Assembly (NCBI GenBank): GCA_964386665.1
Contig: CAYLQP010000001.1
Location: 48,111 to 112,110, forward strand
Source of the DNA: an uncultured Candidatus Saccharibacteria bacterium
GTDB lineage: Bacteria; Patescibacteriota; Minisyncoccia; Phycocordibacterales; CAIRYW01
DNA length: 64,000 nt
Direction of reading: 5' to 3'
Positions within the stretch are counted from its first letter, which is position 1; every line of letters starts with the position of its first letter. Of the stretch, positions 42,801-53,019 are shown in pieces. The position numbers and the translations under genes were made by a program. The notes under the pieces are model-generated. The model was not told the origin of the DNA, searched no databases, and saw nothing but the letters and a program-made list of their open reading frames with translations.

Positions 42801-43169
42801 ATGAGAAAAATAACGTTTCTTCTTGGTGCTATCTTTGGGATGGCCCTTATTTTGATTTGTGTTTGGGTAGGACAAAGGCTGCAGGTTCCTGACTCGGCAA
42901 ATCATGCAGGGGTAGTGTTTCGGACACATTATGCCCAGTATGTTCCTGACGGAAAAGGGGGTGAGGAAATGTTGGTGATAGCGATTGATGAGAGAAAGAT
43001 CGCTGACCTGCCTTTCAGTAAGGTAGAACCGTATCTAGTTTTTCGGGTAAGCCACCCCGAAGGAACTGACCACGGATACCCGCCGTTGCGATTCACTTTC
43101 AGTGATAAGGGAGAGTTGATTACTCACAAGTACGCCAGTACTTGGGGAGAACAATCTCTGTACCCTTGA
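42801..43169 (+). CDS. hypothetical exported or membrane-anchored protein
   Basis: 122-aa ORF with N-terminal signal/TM segment. Confidence 0.6.
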   Translation: MRKITFLLGAIFGMALILICVWVGQRLQVPDSANHAGVVFRTHYAQYVPDGKGGEEMLVIAIDERKIADLPFSKVEPYLVFRVSHPEGTDHGYPPLRFTFSDKGELITHKYASTWGEQSLYP

Positions 43170-43291
43170 CAGTTTGTTTCTTTTTTATGCCTGTGTTCTC
43201 GAGAGAGTACAGGTATTTTTATATATTAGATTCGATATAATACTTGTTCTTCATACCCACAAACCAGGTGTTGGTAGACCAGGTATATCAT

Positions 43292-43513
43292 TTAATTCGC
43301 AAGCACTACTACCTTTTCTCCATCGATTTCGGCAACTCCACCTTCGATTTCGATCGATTCACTTAGAGTTTTTATAAGGCCTTTTTGGAGGATGGTGATA
43401 ACGGGAATGTGATGTGGAAGAATAGTGATTTCTCCATCTTTTGCAGGCAAAGAGACTTGAGAGACTTCTCCTTCAAATTTTGTACCATCAAGTGTGTAAA
43501 TTTTTAATTGCAT
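43292..43513 (-). CDS. atpC: ATP synthase epsilon subunit (N-terminal domain only)
   Basis: LPAKDGEITILPHHIP, GGVAEI; last gene of the operon. Confidence 0.9.
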   Translation of the reverse strand: MQLKIYTLDGTKFEGEVSQVSLPAKDGEITILPHHIPVITILQKGLIKTLSESIEIEGGVAEIDGEKVVVLAN

Positions 43514-43516
43514 AGA

Positions 43517-44914
<1,398 letters not shown>

Positions 44915-44929
44915 TTATTTAATAATTTT

Positions 44930-45859
44930 TTATTCTTGTGCTGCTAATGCTTCCTTTCCACTTACGATTTCAATCAACTCTTTGGTAATTTGTGCCTGAC
45001 GTTCTTTGTTGTACTTGATAGTAAGCTTTCCGATCATTTCTTTGGCGTTGGTTGAAGCGTTTTTCATCGCTACCATTCGAGCGGCGTGCTCCGACGCATT
45101 CGCTTCAAGGATGGAATGGAACATTTCGAGTGTTACTAGAGAAGGAACAAGCTCTTCTATTATTGCTTCTGGCGTAGGCTCAAATTTGTATTCACTTTTT
45201 CCTTGGAGATGAATGTGTTTGAACTCAGAAAAGCGTCCTGTTTCAGGAATAATGTTTTCGATTACTTGAATAAGTGTTTTTTCGTTGAGCGGGAGGAGGG
45301 GACGGTGAACAACTTCTTGTTTGAGAGCAGAGATGAAGTTTGTGTAGATCACATCTATCTTATCGAATTGTTTGCTTACAAATAAGTCGATTATAAAATC
45401 AGTAATAGGGGAAGCTTTTGAGAGAGATGCGAGATCTCCTGCACCTTCAAAGCTTTTTACTATATTGAATCCTCGTCGTTCAAAAAACTCTTTTGCTTTT
45501 TTTCCAATAGCAACTACTGAAACAGTATCTTTGTGTGCTTCTGCAAACTGCCCAGCTTTCTTGAGAACATTTGAGTTAAATGATCCAGCGAGTCCTTTAT
45601 CTGAAGAAATCACCACAAGAAGTTGTTTCTTTATGTCTCGCATTTCAAAAAGTGGGGAAGCGAGTTTTACTTTTTTTCCGATTGATTTCTCGATTTTCTT
45701 CAAGATATGAAGAGCGTAGAGTGCATACAGTCGTCCTTTGATAGCAGCGGCTTCACTCTTTCGCATCTTCACAGCAGAAACCGCCTCCATCGCTTTTGTG
45801 ATTTGCTGGATGTTTTTGGTTGTCTTTATTCGTGCTTTTATTGCTCTTCCGCCGGCCAT
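44930..45859 (-). CDS. atpG: ATP synthase gamma subunit
   Basis: ITKAMEAVSA, SDKGLAG, SEHAARMVAM, RQAQITKE. Confidence 0.97.
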   Translation of the reverse strand: MAGGRAIKARIKTTKNIQQITKAMEAVSAVKMRKSEAAAIKGRLYALYALHILKKIEKSIGKKVKLASPLFEMRDIKKQLLVVISSDKGLAGSFNSNVLKKAGQFAEAHKDTVSVVAIGKKAKEFFERRGFNIVKSFEGAGDLASLSKASPITDFIIDLFVSKQFDKIDVIYTNFISALKQEVVHRPLLPLNEKTLIQVIENIIPETGRFSEFKHIHLQGKSEYKFEPTPEAIIEELVPSLVTLEMFHSILEANASEHAARMVAMKNASTNAKEMIGKLTIKYNKERQAQITKELIEIVSGKEALAAQE

Positions 45860-45888
45860 TTTTTATAAGAATTAGGGAATAATGAATA

Positions 45889-47412
45889 TTATTTTTTAAA
45901 ATAATTATCCCGGAAATCTACAATCGCAAGTTTGAGTGCTTCTTCGGTTTCCGCCGAAAATTCTTTTGAATCTCGAACAGTTTCGAGAAGTTTTGCATGT
46001 CGGTCGTTGAGGAAGGCAATAAACTCATTTTGGAATTTGCTGATATCGGTAACTGAAACTGTATCAAGGTAACCGTTTCCTGTTGCGTAGATAACAATAG
46101 CAATTTCGTAGAATGTTTTTGTTGCAAATTGTGGTTGCTTCAAAAGTTCAGTCATTCGTCGTCCTCGATCGAGTTGTTTTCGTGTTGTTTCGTCGAGATC
46201 TGAACCAAATTGTGCAAACGCTTCAAGTGAACGGAATTGTGCAAGGTCGAGTCGCATTTTTCCTGCTACTTTTTTCATTGCTTTTGTTTGGGCACTTGAA
46301 CCTACTCGAGAAACCGAAAGTCCGGCATTGATCGCAGGTCGAAGTCCTTTGTAGAAGAGGTCTGTTTCGAGGAAGATTTGTCCGTCAGTGATTGAGATAA
46401 CGTTTGTTGGAATATAGGCAGAGATGTCTCCGAGTTGAGTTTCGATGATTGGAAGAGCTGTGATTGATCCTCCACCGAACTCACTGTTAAGGCGACCCGC
46501 TCGTTCGAGAAGTCGTGAGTGGAGATAGAATACGTCTCCTGGGTAGGCTTCTCGTCCTGGTGGACGCTTGAGGAGAAGTGAGATTTGTCGGTATGCCCAC
46601 GCATGCTTTGAAAGATCATCGTATACTACGAGTACGTCTTTTCCTTGGTCCATAAAAAATTCTGCAATCGAACATCCTGTAAACGGTGCAAGGTATTGAA
46701 GAGATGCACTGTCAGAGGCTCCAGCAGATACGACGATAGTGTAATCCATCGCGCCTTCTTTCTTGAGTCGTTCTACAATTTGAGCTACTTTTGATTCTTT
46801 TTGTCCGATTGCGACATATACACAAATAGGAGGATTTTTTTCTTTCTTTTGGTGAATGATAGTGTCGATTGCAATTGCTGTTTTTCCAGTTTGTCGGTCT
46901 CCAATGATAAGTTGTCGTTGTCCTCGTCCAATAGGGATCATCGCATCAACTGCTGTGATACCAGTGTGAAGTGGTTGGTTTACTGACTCTCGAGTGATTA
47001 CTCCAGGAGCAATTTTTTCGAGAGGGTAAATCTTGCCGTTTGTGATTGGCTTGCCACCATCTTTTGGAATTCCAAGACCATCAACAACTCTTCCAAGAAG
47101 ATCATCTGAAGCAGTGATTGAAAGAATCTTTCCTGTGTTGGTTACTTTTGACCCTTCAACGATGTTCATTGGATCTCCAAGAACAATCGCTCCTACAAGG
47201 TCTTCTTCAAGGTTAAGTGCCACTCCCATTATTTTTTCACCTTTGCGATCTTCGAACTCAAGCATTTCAGAGTATCGAACTTGAGCAAGTCCAGAAACTC
47301 CCGCAACACCATCGGCGATCTTTGCCACACTTCCACTGTGACTTACTTTTGGATCTGTTTTGAGCAGACTGATTTCTTTTTTTAGTTCTTCGATGATGTT
47401 GTCTTTGTTCAT
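45889..47412 (-). CDS. atpA: ATP synthase alpha subunit
   Basis: GDRQTGKT, RPPGREAYPGD, ITDGQI. Confidence 0.99.
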   Translation of the reverse strand: MNKDNIIEELKKEISLLKTDPKVSHSGSVAKIADGVAGVSGLAQVRYSEMLEFEDRKGEKIMGVALNLEEDLVGAIVLGDPMNIVEGSKVTNTGKILSITASDDLLGRVVDGLGIPKDGGKPITNGKIYPLEKIAPGVITRESVNQPLHTGITAVDAMIPIGRGQRQLIIGDRQTGKTAIAIDTIIHQKKEKNPPICVYVAIGQKESKVAQIVERLKKEGAMDYTIVVSAGASDSASLQYLAPFTGCSIAEFFMDQGKDVLVVYDDLSKHAWAYRQISLLLKRPPGREAYPGDVFYLHSRLLERAGRLNSEFGGGSITALPIIETQLGDISAYIPTNVISITDGQIFLETDLFYKGLRPAINAGLSVSRVGSSAQTKAMKKVAGKMRLDLAQFRSLEAFAQFGSDLDETTRKQLDRGRRMTELLKQPQFATKTFYEIAIVIYATGNGYLDTVSVTDISKFQNEFIAFLNDRHAKLLETVRDSKEFSAETEEALKLAIVDFRDNYFKK

Positions 47413-47431
47413 AATGTTGCAATTAGTGATA

Positions 47432-47806
47432 TTAATAATGTGATTTGAGTGACCTTACTTTTGTGACAAGCGAATTGTCGATGAATAATCCTTCTGTTTC
47501 TATGGTGATTCCTCCAATTAGATGAGGAGCTTTTTTTACCTTAAGGTTTACTTTTTTACCTTGAAGTGTTTTTGGAAAGTTGACTTCTTCACCTGAAGCG
47601 GTAGAGAGCACCACATCCATTTCGTTGTGTTTGGTGTTCCATTTTTTACTAAACGTTTTGATGATTTGTCCAAGTTTTGAAACTTTGTTTCCTTTTGTAA
47701 TAAGTGTTGCAAAAGCAGAAATAATGCTTTCTTGTTCTTCTTTTGAAGTTGCGTTTGAAAGCTTGTTTACGAGAAGTTCACTTATTTTTTTTGCGGAAAT
47801 GCTCAT
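47432..47806 (-). CDS. atpH: ATP synthase delta subunit (short)
   Basis: Operon position; LIGGI.I....IDNS motif. Confidence 0.8.
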   Translation of the reverse strand: MSISAKKISELLVNKLSNATSKEEQESIISAFATLITKGNKVSKLGQIIKTFSKKWNTKHNEMDVVLSTASGEEVNFPKTLQGKKVNLKVKKAPHLIGGITIETEGLFIDNSLVTKVRSLKSHY

Positions 47807-47810
47807 AAGG

Positions 47811-48320
47811 TTAGTTTTGTGATTTAGATATCTCTGCGAGTGCTTCAGTAGCTATCTTTGCTTCAACTTCTGGTGTTACGTATTTACCAATAGTTTTTTC
47901 AATTCCAACAGACACGAGAGTAGAAATCTCTTTTTTGATATCTTTGTAGAGGATTTCTCGTTCCTCTTCGAGTTTCTTTTTGGTTTCTGTGATCAGTTTT
48001 TCAGCCTCAAAGCTTGCTTGTGCGTGAAGTTTATCAGATGACTCTTTAGCAGCCTTTTGAGATGCTTCGAGCATTTTTTGACCTTCTTCTCGTGCTTCTT
48101 TGAGAATCTGTTCTTTGCTTGCTTCGATTTCTGCGAGTCTTTTGCTTATGTTTGCTCCTGCGGTGTCTGATTCTTCTTGTTTTTTTACTCGTGCATCAAG
48201 AGAGATAATTGCTGGTTTAATAGCAAATTTATACAACACAAAAGCGACGATAGAAAAGTTAACTACCTGCGCTAAAAGTGAGTGCCAGTGAACACCAAGT
48301 GAAGAGAGGATCTCTGACAT
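47811..48320 (-). CDS. atpF: ATP synthase b subunit
   Basis: LAQVVNF TM segment followed by coiled coil. Confidence 0.9.
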   Translation of the reverse strand: MSEILSSLGVHWHSLLAQVVNFSIVAFVLYKFAIKPAIISLDARVKKQEESDTAGANISKRLAEIEASKEQILKEAREEGQKMLEASQKAAKESSDKLHAQASFEAEKLITETKKKLEEEREILYKDIKKEISTLVSVGIEKTIGKYVTPEVEAKIATEALAEISKSQN

Positions 48321-48326
48321 TTGGGT

Positions 48327-48554
48327 TTAGATAAAGAGAATAATGAGGGCAACAACAAGTGCGTATACTGCGATCGCTTCCGTAAAGGCAATAGCAAGAA
48401 TCATTGATGATTGAACTTTTGAAGCTCCTTCTGGATTTCGTCCAATTGCTTCCATTGCTTTACTTGCAAGGTATCCAATACTGATTGCTGGACCAAACGC
48501 TCCAAGACCGATTGCTAATGCTGCTGCGAATACTTTCAAACTTTCTAGTTCCAT
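48327..48554 (-). CDS. atpE: ATP synthase c subunit
   Basis: GRNP loop, FTEAIA acidic ion-binding site. Confidence 0.96.
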   Translation of the reverse strand: MELESLKVFAAALAIGLGAFGPAISIGYLASKAMEAIGRNPEGASKVQSSMILAIAFTEAIAVYALVVALIILFI

Positions 48555-48641
48555 TTTTTTGAAAAATTAATAATAATACGCCTATAAAAAGGCTTTTGGC
48601 AATTCTACCAAAATATCAATTTATTACAAGTTATAAGCCTA

Positions 48642-48669
48642 TTGACTTATTTTATTAGTATGCTACTAT
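48642..48669 (+). promoter_or_regulatory. promoter antisense to the atp operon
   Basis: TTGACT-N16-TACTAT with extended -10 TG. Confidence 0.6.
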
Positions 48670-48674
48670 CTTGT

Positions 48675-48830
48675 TAGTTTTTTGCAATTTGCTTGCTGGT
48701 AGGGGTGCGCAGAGATAGTCTGTGCAAAGTCAGTCAGTTGGGGGTTTCTGGCCAACCTTCACAGTCGCTCTGCGCACCCCTCACCCAAAATCAAAACTCG
48801 GACACATGCGTGTGCCGAGTTTTCTGCTTT
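48675..48830 (+). ncRNA. candidate small structured RNA between atpB and atpE
   Basis: Perfect 14-bp stem 48701-14/48768-81 enclosing ctgtg/cacag and gttgg/ccaac; own promoter; terminator aaaactcgg..ccgagtttt at 48793-48823. Confidence 0.6.
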
Positions 48831-48860
48831 TTATACCTAAACTTAATATACCGTCCGAAA

Positions 48861-49748
48861 CTAGTGTTCTTCGTGTTTGTGCGTTGCGCTGGCAAAAAAC
48901 ATAGTTGCGAGCACTGAGATAACAAGCGCTTGAATAAATCCAACAAAGAGTTCAAGACCAAGGAATGGAATAGGAATGATAAATGGTGCCAAGAATGAAA
49001 CAATAAGCATTAATACGCTTCCAGCAAATATGTTCCCAAATAATCGGAAAGTAAGTGAAATAACTCGAGAGATTTCTCCAATAAGCTCAAGAATACCTAC
49101 AAATGAACCCATAGGATTCTTGAAAGGGTTTACAAGGAATTTACCGAGATGGTGTTTTGGACCAATTGTTTTGAATCCGACAATATGTGACCCAAGGACA
49201 ATAATGATTGCAAAGACAAGGGTCATATTGATGTCAGAGTTTACAGTTCTAAAGAGGGGTAAAAACCTTCCGTGAGCTTCTTCTGCGTGTGCCTCCGCTT
49301 CAGTAGATACTTCTTCTGTATGACCTTCGGTTTCTGTGTGTGCTACTGGTTCTGCTTCGAGAGGAGCAGTTTCTTCTGTTTGTGTTGTATGACTTTCTTC
49401 TACAAGATGAGATTTTTCGTTTGAATATACACCGATTGTCTCAACTCCTGGAAGTGTTCCTGCCCAGTTTGAAGTCAAAACATAAAAGAAGATAGTGATA
49501 ACGATAGGAAGGAATTTCCGCACGGTTTCTTTGTTTCCGGCAAATGCAGACATAAAGTCAATAAAGCCAGTCAAAATCCCCTCAAGAGCAAAAGCAAGCT
49601 TACCGTTAGGGTATTTTTTCATATGTCTTCCAACAAACAGTGATGCGCACACAATAAACAAAACGACAAACCAAGAAGTAAAAATGGTGTTTGTGATATG
49701 AAATCCAAAGATATCAAAAAGATGTTCTGCGCCGATTGAAATATGCAT
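48861..49748 (-). CDS. atpB: ATP synthase a subunit with His/Glu-rich insertion
   Basis: SNWAG, SLTFRLFGNIFAG, ELFVGFIQA. Confidence 0.95.
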   Translation of the reverse strand: MHISIGAEHLFDIFGFHITNTIFTSWFVVLFIVCASLFVGRHMKKYPNGKLAFALEGILTGFIDFMSAFAGNKETVRKFLPIVITIFFYVLTSNWAGTLPGVETIGVYSNEKSHLVEESHTTQTEETAPLEAEPVAHTETEGHTEEVSTEAEAHAEEAHGRFLPLFRTVNSDINMTLVFAIIIVLGSHIVGFKTIGPKHHLGKFLVNPFKNPMGSFVGILELIGEISRVISLTFRLFGNIFAGSVLMLIVSFLAPFIIPIPFLGLELFVGFIQALVISVLATMFFASATHKHEEH

Positions 49749-49791
49749 AATGTAAAGTCAAAAGTTAAAAATCAAAATTCAAAGCTAATAA

Positions 49792-50043
49792 TTATGGGTT
49801 AAATTCCTTTATTTTCTTTTTAATTGCGAAGATGGTTGAAATGAGTGAGAGTAAGAGACCTCCGATGATACCAAAGGGTTTTGTATCAAACTTGTGATCA
49901 ACCCAGATGCCTGCAAGTAAACAGATGACAAGAGGGATAACAATAAAAGTTCCCAGTTCATAAGCAAACGATATAAGTTCAGATTTGAACATGGTTGATT
50001 GTTTACTGTCTTGTATTTGTGGGTTTTTGTCTTCTTCTGTCAC
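49792..50043 (-). CDS. AtpZ/AtpI-family two-TM protein
   Basis: ELG..IVIP...GIWVDHKFDTKP.G; first gene of the atp operon; likely GTG start just after a TATACT box. Confidence 0.8.
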   Translation of the reverse strand: MTEEDKNPQIQDSKQSTMFKSELISFAYELGTFIVIPLVICLLAGIWVDHKFDTKPFGIIGGLLLSLISTIFAIKKKIKEFNP

Positions 50044-50129
50044 AGGCCACAGTATAGTCAAAAAATGGTATTTTCGCAAATTTAAAGCAAATCAAAGACA
50101 GGGTAGAATGTCCTATTATTGAACCAGGG

Positions 50130-50152
50130 GTCCAACCCCTGGTTGGGGTTTT
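50130..50152. repeat. palindromic repeat, copy 1 (left edge of a GC-rich islet)
   Basis: gtccaacccctggttggggtttt; matches 51403-51425 at 22 of 23 positions. Confidence 0.75.
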
Positions 50153-50234
50153 TGGTAAACGAACCTAAATGTAATATTAAAAAAATCCCGCATTCATTAC
50201 TAAAAAACGGGAATTGGAGTTATCACTTTTCTCA

Positions 50235-50420
50235 TCAAGAACTGAAGCGTGGTTTGGACAAAAACCCAGGGTCTTCAGTAGCTAATTGTGCCGCGATGTC
50301 AATCAGTTCCTCAAGGTATTCCTCCAGTGTCATTGGAGGACTCGATTTTGCCGCTTTTTCAGTCAGTACCTCTTTCAGTTCCGGATCGAGTTCCAGAGTA
50401 ATTGTTCTGTTTTTAGACAT
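50235..50420 (-). CDS. putative ribbon-helix-helix DNA-binding protein
   Basis: RTITLELDPELKEVLTEKA...MTLEEYLEELI: alternating beta strand plus two helices (CopG/Arc-like pattern). Confidence 0.55.
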   Translation of the reverse strand: MSKNRTITLELDPELKEVLTEKAAKSSPPMTLEEYLEELIDIAAQLATEDPGFLSKPRFSS

Positions 50421-50640
50421 GTTGAGATTTAGTTTGAAACAAAAAAAAGAAGTTGATAAGGCTTTTAGTAACATATTACATAAAATAAAAAAGTCAATAG
50501 TAAATTAGTATTGATTGACGATATATATTGCATATGTTATAATGTTTTCTAGATAGATTGTGATGTATGTCATCACCCAATCTGTTTCGTAAGTGCTCAA
50601 TGAAGCGCTGGCAGACGGGGTGTCACATACACCACTCCAT

Positions 50641-50943
50641 ATGGTCTTTACAGATCCAACAGGTGTCGAACTACCTAAACTGTTCGAGCTTGGCACGGTC
50701 AGGGTTCTCTCAGGGGTCTCTGAAACATTGTCGCAAGAAGAAGTAAAAGAGGTTCTTGCCCAACATCAGTCGGGCGACTGGGGATACCTTTGCCCGGAAG
50801 ATAAGGTGGCAAATGATCTCGCTCTCCAAGAAGAAGGGCAATTGCGCTCGATCTACTACGGGAACGGAGGCACTACCAGGCTCCAAATCATCACCGAGGC
50901 GGATCGATCGGTAACGACCGTTCTTCTCCCGGAGGAATACTGA
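50641..50943 (+). CDS. plasmid/phage-associated conserved hypothetical protein (GDWG..TEADRS family)
   Basis: LFELG, H..GDWG..CPED...N..AL, IITEADRSVTTVLLPEEY; promoter TTGACG-N17-TATAAT at 50515-50543. Confidence 0.75.
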   Translation: MVFTDPTGVELPKLFELGTVRVLSGVSETLSQEEVKEVLAQHQSGDWGYLCPEDKVANDLALQEEGQLRSIYYGNGGTTRLQIITEADRSVTTVLLPEEY

Positions 50944-50947
50944 TGCC

Positions 50948-51328
50948 ATGAAGAACCTCGATATCAGCCAGTTGGTGTTGATCGGAAGCGTTGTCTTACT
51001 CTTCCTCGTGATGCTCATCAGGACGAGCATTGAGGCATGGAGAAACAGGAAGACTCCCGCACACAAAGCAGCTCTGCGCAGGCAGAGACAAATCAGACGG
51101 GAGATGCTCGCCAAGCAAGAAGAGCAAATCGCTCAGGAAATGGAAGAGCGGCTCAAAAAGAGCCGCCGGCAAGAGCAGGTAGCACCTCCTCCTGTCACAC
51201 GACCTCCTGATTCTCACGAACTCCTCAGAGAGATTCATCGTCAGGTCCTGGAAGCAGGAATTCGACGGATGTCTCAAAGAAGATCTACCGAGGAAGTTGG
51301 TCGTCGGTTCAAACCGGGTAACTCATAG
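50948..51328 (+). CDS. hypothetical single-TM, Arg-rich protein
   Basis: N-terminal TM segment plus charged coiled coil; GC-rich; terminator-like hairpin at 51348-51380. Confidence 0.6.
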   Translation: MKNLDISQLVLIGSVVLLFLVMLIRTSIEAWRNRKTPAHKAALRRQRQIRREMLAKQEEQIAQEMEERLKKSRRQEQVAPPPVTRPPDSHELLREIHRQVLEAGIRRMSQRRSTEEVGRRFKPGNS

Positions 51329-51402
51329 AGCGATCTGAATAACTACAGCCGTTTCTCCATTCGTGGGGGAACGGTTTTTTAATTTAAAATTTTAAGAAAG
51401 GA

Positions 51403-51425
51403 GTCCAACCCTTGGTTGGGGTTTT
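51403..51425. repeat. palindromic repeat, copy 2 (right edge of the GC-rich islet)
   Basis: gtccaacccttggttggggtttt. Confidence 0.75.
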
Positions 51426-51473
51426 AAAAAACTGAATTTGTTTTTTCTCTTAAAAATCTGTAATATGTTGCCT

Positions 51474-52166
51474 ATGTTTGCAGTTATATTAGCAGCAGGG
51501 AAAGGAACACGAATGGGGGAACTCTCAAAGGAGACTCCGAAGCCAATGCTTCCGGTGCTTGGGAAGACGCTTTTGGAGCACAAGCTCGATATGTTACCAG
51601 AACAAATTACTGATGTGATTATTGTGGTTGGATACTTAAAAGACAAAATCGTGGAAGTGTTGGGAGACAACTATGGAGGAAGAAAGATTTCTTATGTGAT
51701 CCAAGAAGAACTGAGAGGAACAGCAGATGCGTTGTTTAAATGCAAAGACATACTCAAAGATGAGAAAAAGTTTCTTGTAATGATGGGAGATGATATTTAT
51801 TGCAAAGAAGATATGGAAGAATGTTTGCAATATGATTATTCTATCTTGATCCGTGAGACAGCGAGTCTGAAAGGTAAGGCAAAGGTAATGTTTGATGAGA
51901 GTGGGCATATAAAAGATATTTTAGAAAAGTATCCTACAGAGGAAGCGGGTTTTATTTGTACAGGATTATATACTATTTCTTCAAAAATTTTTGAATATCA
52001 AATGGTGGGTATTCCAGGGGGAGAAGTTGGGTTGCCACAAACGCTTCTTTCAATGAAAAAGGACTTCAATATAAAAGCTGTTCAATCGAGGTTTTGGCTC
52101 CAAATCACTGCTCCAGAAGATTTGGTGATGGCGGAGACGTTTTTGAAGATTGATAAAACAGAGTAG
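51474..52166 (+). CDS. sugar-phosphate nucleotidyltransferase (NTP_transferase family)
   Basis: AVILAAGKGTRM..PKPML, Q.E.RGTADA, GDD. Confidence 0.9.
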   Translation: MFAVILAAGKGTRMGELSKETPKPMLPVLGKTLLEHKLDMLPEQITDVIIVVGYLKDKIVEVLGDNYGGRKISYVIQEELRGTADALFKCKDILKDEKKFLVMMGDDIYCKEDMEECLQYDYSILIRETASLKGKAKVMFDESGHIKDILEKYPTEEAGFICTGLYTISSKIFEYQMVGIPGGEVGLPQTLLSMKKDFNIKAVQSRFWLQITAPEDLVMAETFLKIDKTE

Positions 52167-52199
52167 GGAGTAAAGATAAAAGACTAAAAACCAAAGAGG

Positions 52200-52400
52200 A
52201 GAAGGGGAAAGCGCGCAGGACCAAAGGCCCTGCGCGCTTGAAAATGGTCTGAGAGAGAGGGTGCTGAACAGAGTTATGTGGTTCAAGCACTGGATCACGC
52301 GACTGCGGAGTTGTTATGACCCCTCTCGTCTCTCAGCCATCTGCCGACAACACCTGGCTTCTTCACGGTGCTGAGTATTGAGGGCAGAAAAGAAAAATCT
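52200..52400 (-). ncRNA. candidate structured ncRNA, array unit A
   Basis: Promoter TTGACT(52434-29)-N16-TAAAAT; 5' hairpin 52341-52387; three-way junction closed by 52244-61/52321-40; terminator 52209-52239. Confidence 0.6.
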
Positions 52401-52443
52401 AAAATAATTTTATTGTTTTTGTATTAAAAGTCAAATCTGTACA

Positions 52444-52681
52444 AAACTGAAAGGTCCCCGCAAGCTGCGCTTGCGGGGACCTTGAAATATTCACCTGAGA
52501 GAGCTGTGCTAGGAGCAAGTTCGCACAGCCTTCAACTTTATCCTGTGTGTCTGGGTCCGCCAGACTTACGGATAAGGGTTTAGGCACTCTCTCAGGCTTA
52601 TTTTGGCCACTACGGAGAAGGTCCAGGAATCCTTCGGGTTCATCCTGGGCATTGTGTGGCGCAAATCAAAGAAATTGACTG
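52444..52681 (-). ncRNA. candidate structured ncRNA, array unit B
   Basis: Promoter TTGACT(52715-10)-N16-TAATAT; 5' hairpin 52606-52660; junction closed by 52494-503/52587-96; terminator 52451-52483. Confidence 0.68.
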
Positions 52682-52724
52682 ACCCTCATATTACTCACAA
52701 TCCTCTTGAAGTCAAATCTGTACA

Positions 52725-52989
52725 AAACTGAAAAGTCCCCCGCAAGCGCAGCTTGCGGGGGACTTTGAAATACCGACCTGGAGGGGTAGCAAGGTGTAGG
52801 GGCACCGAGTAAGGTTCTACACCTCCTCTGACCAACTGTGTGCTCCAGTTGTCCGCGGGACCACAGGTGGTCGTTAAGGGATGCTTCCCTCCAGGTAGTT
52901 TTGCTCACATGTGGCGCAGTTCCAAGTCCGAAGTAGTGTGTGTAACAGCCTTGGAGAACATACGTGAGACAAATCAAAGAAATTGACTG
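52725..52989 (-). ncRNA. candidate structured ncRNA, array unit C
   Basis: Promoter TTGACT(53023-18)-N16-TAATAT; 5' hairpin 52904-52968; junction closed by 52776-85/52887-96; terminator 52732-52766. Confidence 0.68.
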
Positions 52990-53019
52990 ACTCCCATATT
53001 ACTTATAATCCTCTTGAAG

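Noticed and set aside
48698-48790. tRNA or SRP RNA
   Set aside because: No D or T arm and no TTCRA; the 14-bp stem is too long for an acceptor stem; the SRP CAGG..GRAA..AGCA motif is missing.
52666-52977. 103-aa minus-strand ORF, plus the ORFs at 52399-52587 and 52050-52298
   Set aside because: Non-ATG or weak starts, they run through terminator hairpins, and the three units share no reading frame.
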